A DNA stretch of 64,000 nucleotides from Endomicrobiales bacterium. Its GTDB lineage: Bacteria; Elusimicrobiota; Endomicrobiia; Endomicrobiales; CAWCFT01. Numbering within the stretch: position 1 is the stretch's first letter; every line of letters begins with the position of its first letter. The position numbers and the translations under genes were made by a program. The stretch covers positions 96,001 through 160,000 of the forward strand of contig CAWCFT010000002.1 in NCBI GenBank assembly GCA_963794945.1, in the 5' to 3' direction. The notes below the pieces were generated by a model. The model saw nothing but the letters and a program-made list of their open reading frames with translations. It was not told where the DNA came from and did no database searches. This document shows, piece by piece, positions 62,570-64,000 of this stretch.

Positions 62570-64000
62570 ATGGCCGATATCAGCTTTATTAAGCTCATTC
62601 CTGTAAACCGCATCCTTCCTTCCCGCTACCAGACCCGCAAAGATTTCAATGAAGAAAGCCTCAAGAGCCTTGCCGAATCCATCAAGAATGAGGGGCTCGA
62701 GCAGGCCGTAATGGTCAGGCTGATCCCTGCCCCAAACCCTCTGCCGCCGGGCTTTACTTCACCTGATGGGGAATGGTACGAACTCATATTTGGCGAGCGG
62801 CGCCTGAGGGCCCACAGGCTGGCCGGCCTGGACATGATAGAGGCCAAGGTGGTAGAAGTAGTCAGCGAGGCCACAGCCGCAGCCAAAGCAACTGTAGAGA
62901 ACTCCCAGAAATCTGAGCTCAACCCAATAGAGGAGGCCGAGAACTTCGATACCCTGAACCGGTTGGACCCATCCTATTGGACACACGACCGCATAGCTTC
63001 TATCGCGGGTGTAAGCAGGGAATATGTTACAAAATCAATAGGAATGCTAAAAATGTCGGAAACAGTAAAGAACAATGTGCGCCGGCGCACATTGAGCCGC
63101 AGCCATGCCCTTGAAATAGCCCGACTTACAGATTCACCCATTCAAGAAGAGGCCGCCAACACCATAATAGCCGGGGACCTTAACCGCGCATCCACCCGCA
63201 AGCTTATAGATAAAATGCTCCTTGCCCAACAAGGGCAAGTAATCCCAACAGATGAGGTTCTATCCCCTTCGCCCCATGTTCTGGGAGAAGGCGAGGATGA
63301 GGGGGATGCTGCTGCCACTACAGTCTTTACCAGCTTCTCCAGCCTGCCCGGCCTGACCAACCGGTTCATCCAGGCCATAGCCAAGCGTAAGGACTTCGCC
63401 GTTGATACCAAAGTTTCAGCTTCCGAGTTTCAGGTTACGGGTACCGGCCCTACCGCAGGTACCTCTTTAGCCACTTCTCACCCTGGGGAGAAGACTGGTG
63501 ATGAGGGGGGACGTGCCCTAAATGCAGGCGCCAGTAAAGTTGGCGCAACACAGCCCATCCCTTCAGGCATGGAAGTCCGGGAAACACCCCGCGGCGCAAC
63601 CCTGAACCTGAGCATAGACATCAAGCACGACCACCTTCCTGACATATATAGGAAGGCCCAGTTCCTGGCCGATACAGGCAAGGAGCTAAAAACCATAGCC
63701 GACACCCTATCTAAACAAACTAGAAAAACCCCAAATTCCAAACGGATACAACTCTCTAACCCTAAAAGGGCAAATAACAGCCCCAAGCCTCAAGAATTGT
63801 CATCAACTAGCGCCCAAGTCGTTGATCCAGCAGCCCAAGTGAGCTCCGCCTCGCCAGCCAGCGGTTCGGCACCGGGAGATAAAGGTGTTAATGCCCCTGC
63901 CGCCGAAAGCATTGAAGAATTTATAGATCATGCTAATAAACAGAAGATAGACATGTTACACACTTTCAAGGACATGCTTAAAACTCCGGAAGGCCGGGCC
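62570..64000 (+). CDS. Orphan ParB/RepB/Spo0J-like protein with low-complexity tail, runs off the window
   Basis: My translation: MADISF..YQTRKDFNEESL.SLAESIK.EGL.QA, YELIFGERRLRA, EN.QK.ELNPIEEA, HTH; frame open to 64000, hence absent from the ORF track. Confidence 0.9.
   Translation, partial: MADISFIKLIPVNRILPSRYQTRKDFNEESLKSLAESIKNEGLEQAVMVRLIPAPNPLPPGFTSPDGEWYELIFGERRLRAHRLAGLDMIEAKVVEVVSEATAAAKATVENSQKSELNPIEEAENFDTLNRLDPSYWTHDRIASIAGVSREYVTKSIGMLKMSETVKNNVRRRTLSRSHALEIARLTDSPIQEEAANTIIAGDLNRASTRKLIDKMLLAQQGQVIPTDEVLSPSPHVLGEGEDEGDAAATTVFTSFSSLPGLTNRFIQAIAKRKDFAVDTKVSASEFQVTGTGPTAGTSLATSHPGEKTGDEGGRALNAGASKVGATQPIPSGMEVRETPRGATLNLSIDIKHDHLPDIYRKAQFLADTGKELKTIADTLSKQTRKTPNSKRIQLSNPKRANNSPKPQELSSTSAQVVDPAAQVSSASPASGSAPGDKGVNAPAAESIEEFIDHANKQKIDMLHTFKDMLKTPEGRA
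63073..63094. promoter_or_regulatory. Perfect 22-bp intragenic palindrome, candidate parS-like site
   Basis: caatgtgcgcc-ggcgcacattg. Confidence 0.55.

Overview
Bacterial chromosomal segment from a diderm organism (TonB receptors, Pal, LPS-type glycosyltransferases). An Elusimicrobiota-like origin is my impression only. In order, it holds: a cobalamin salvage/uptake operon (cobS, cobO, btuFCD, cobQ); a cobalamin riboswitch heading btuB, an unannotated 34-aa peptide and a radical SAM/SPASM maturase (CbpA/CbpB-like RiPP locus); envelope-modification genes including an ArnT-PAP2 fusion; larE, a PLP decarboxylase, dksA and mscS; a TetR-led lipoprotein cluster with two Pal paralogs; tspO and clc; an orphan ParB-like gene; a CheB/CheR-PAS histidine kinase bracketed by 30-bp inverted repeats; hicB/hicA remnants; a TonB receptor interrupted by an IS200 element; a B12-binding radical SAM gene with a candidate leader-peptide attenuator; the glycine cleavage operon; a FecR/outer-membrane/sugar-ABC/GGDEF cluster; and a second orphan ParB-like gene running off the end. 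About 20 genes carry single-base frameshifts, most likely assembly indels. Intergenic regions are densely populated by several families of miniature inverted-repeat elements. The most novel-looking signal is that both orphan parB-like genes carry a different perfect 20-22 bp palindrome (parS-like) just after the HTH-coding region, and both have low-complexity tails containing in-frame copies of the same palindromic repeat family. All calls come from reading the sequence and from recalled family knowledge; no searches were run.
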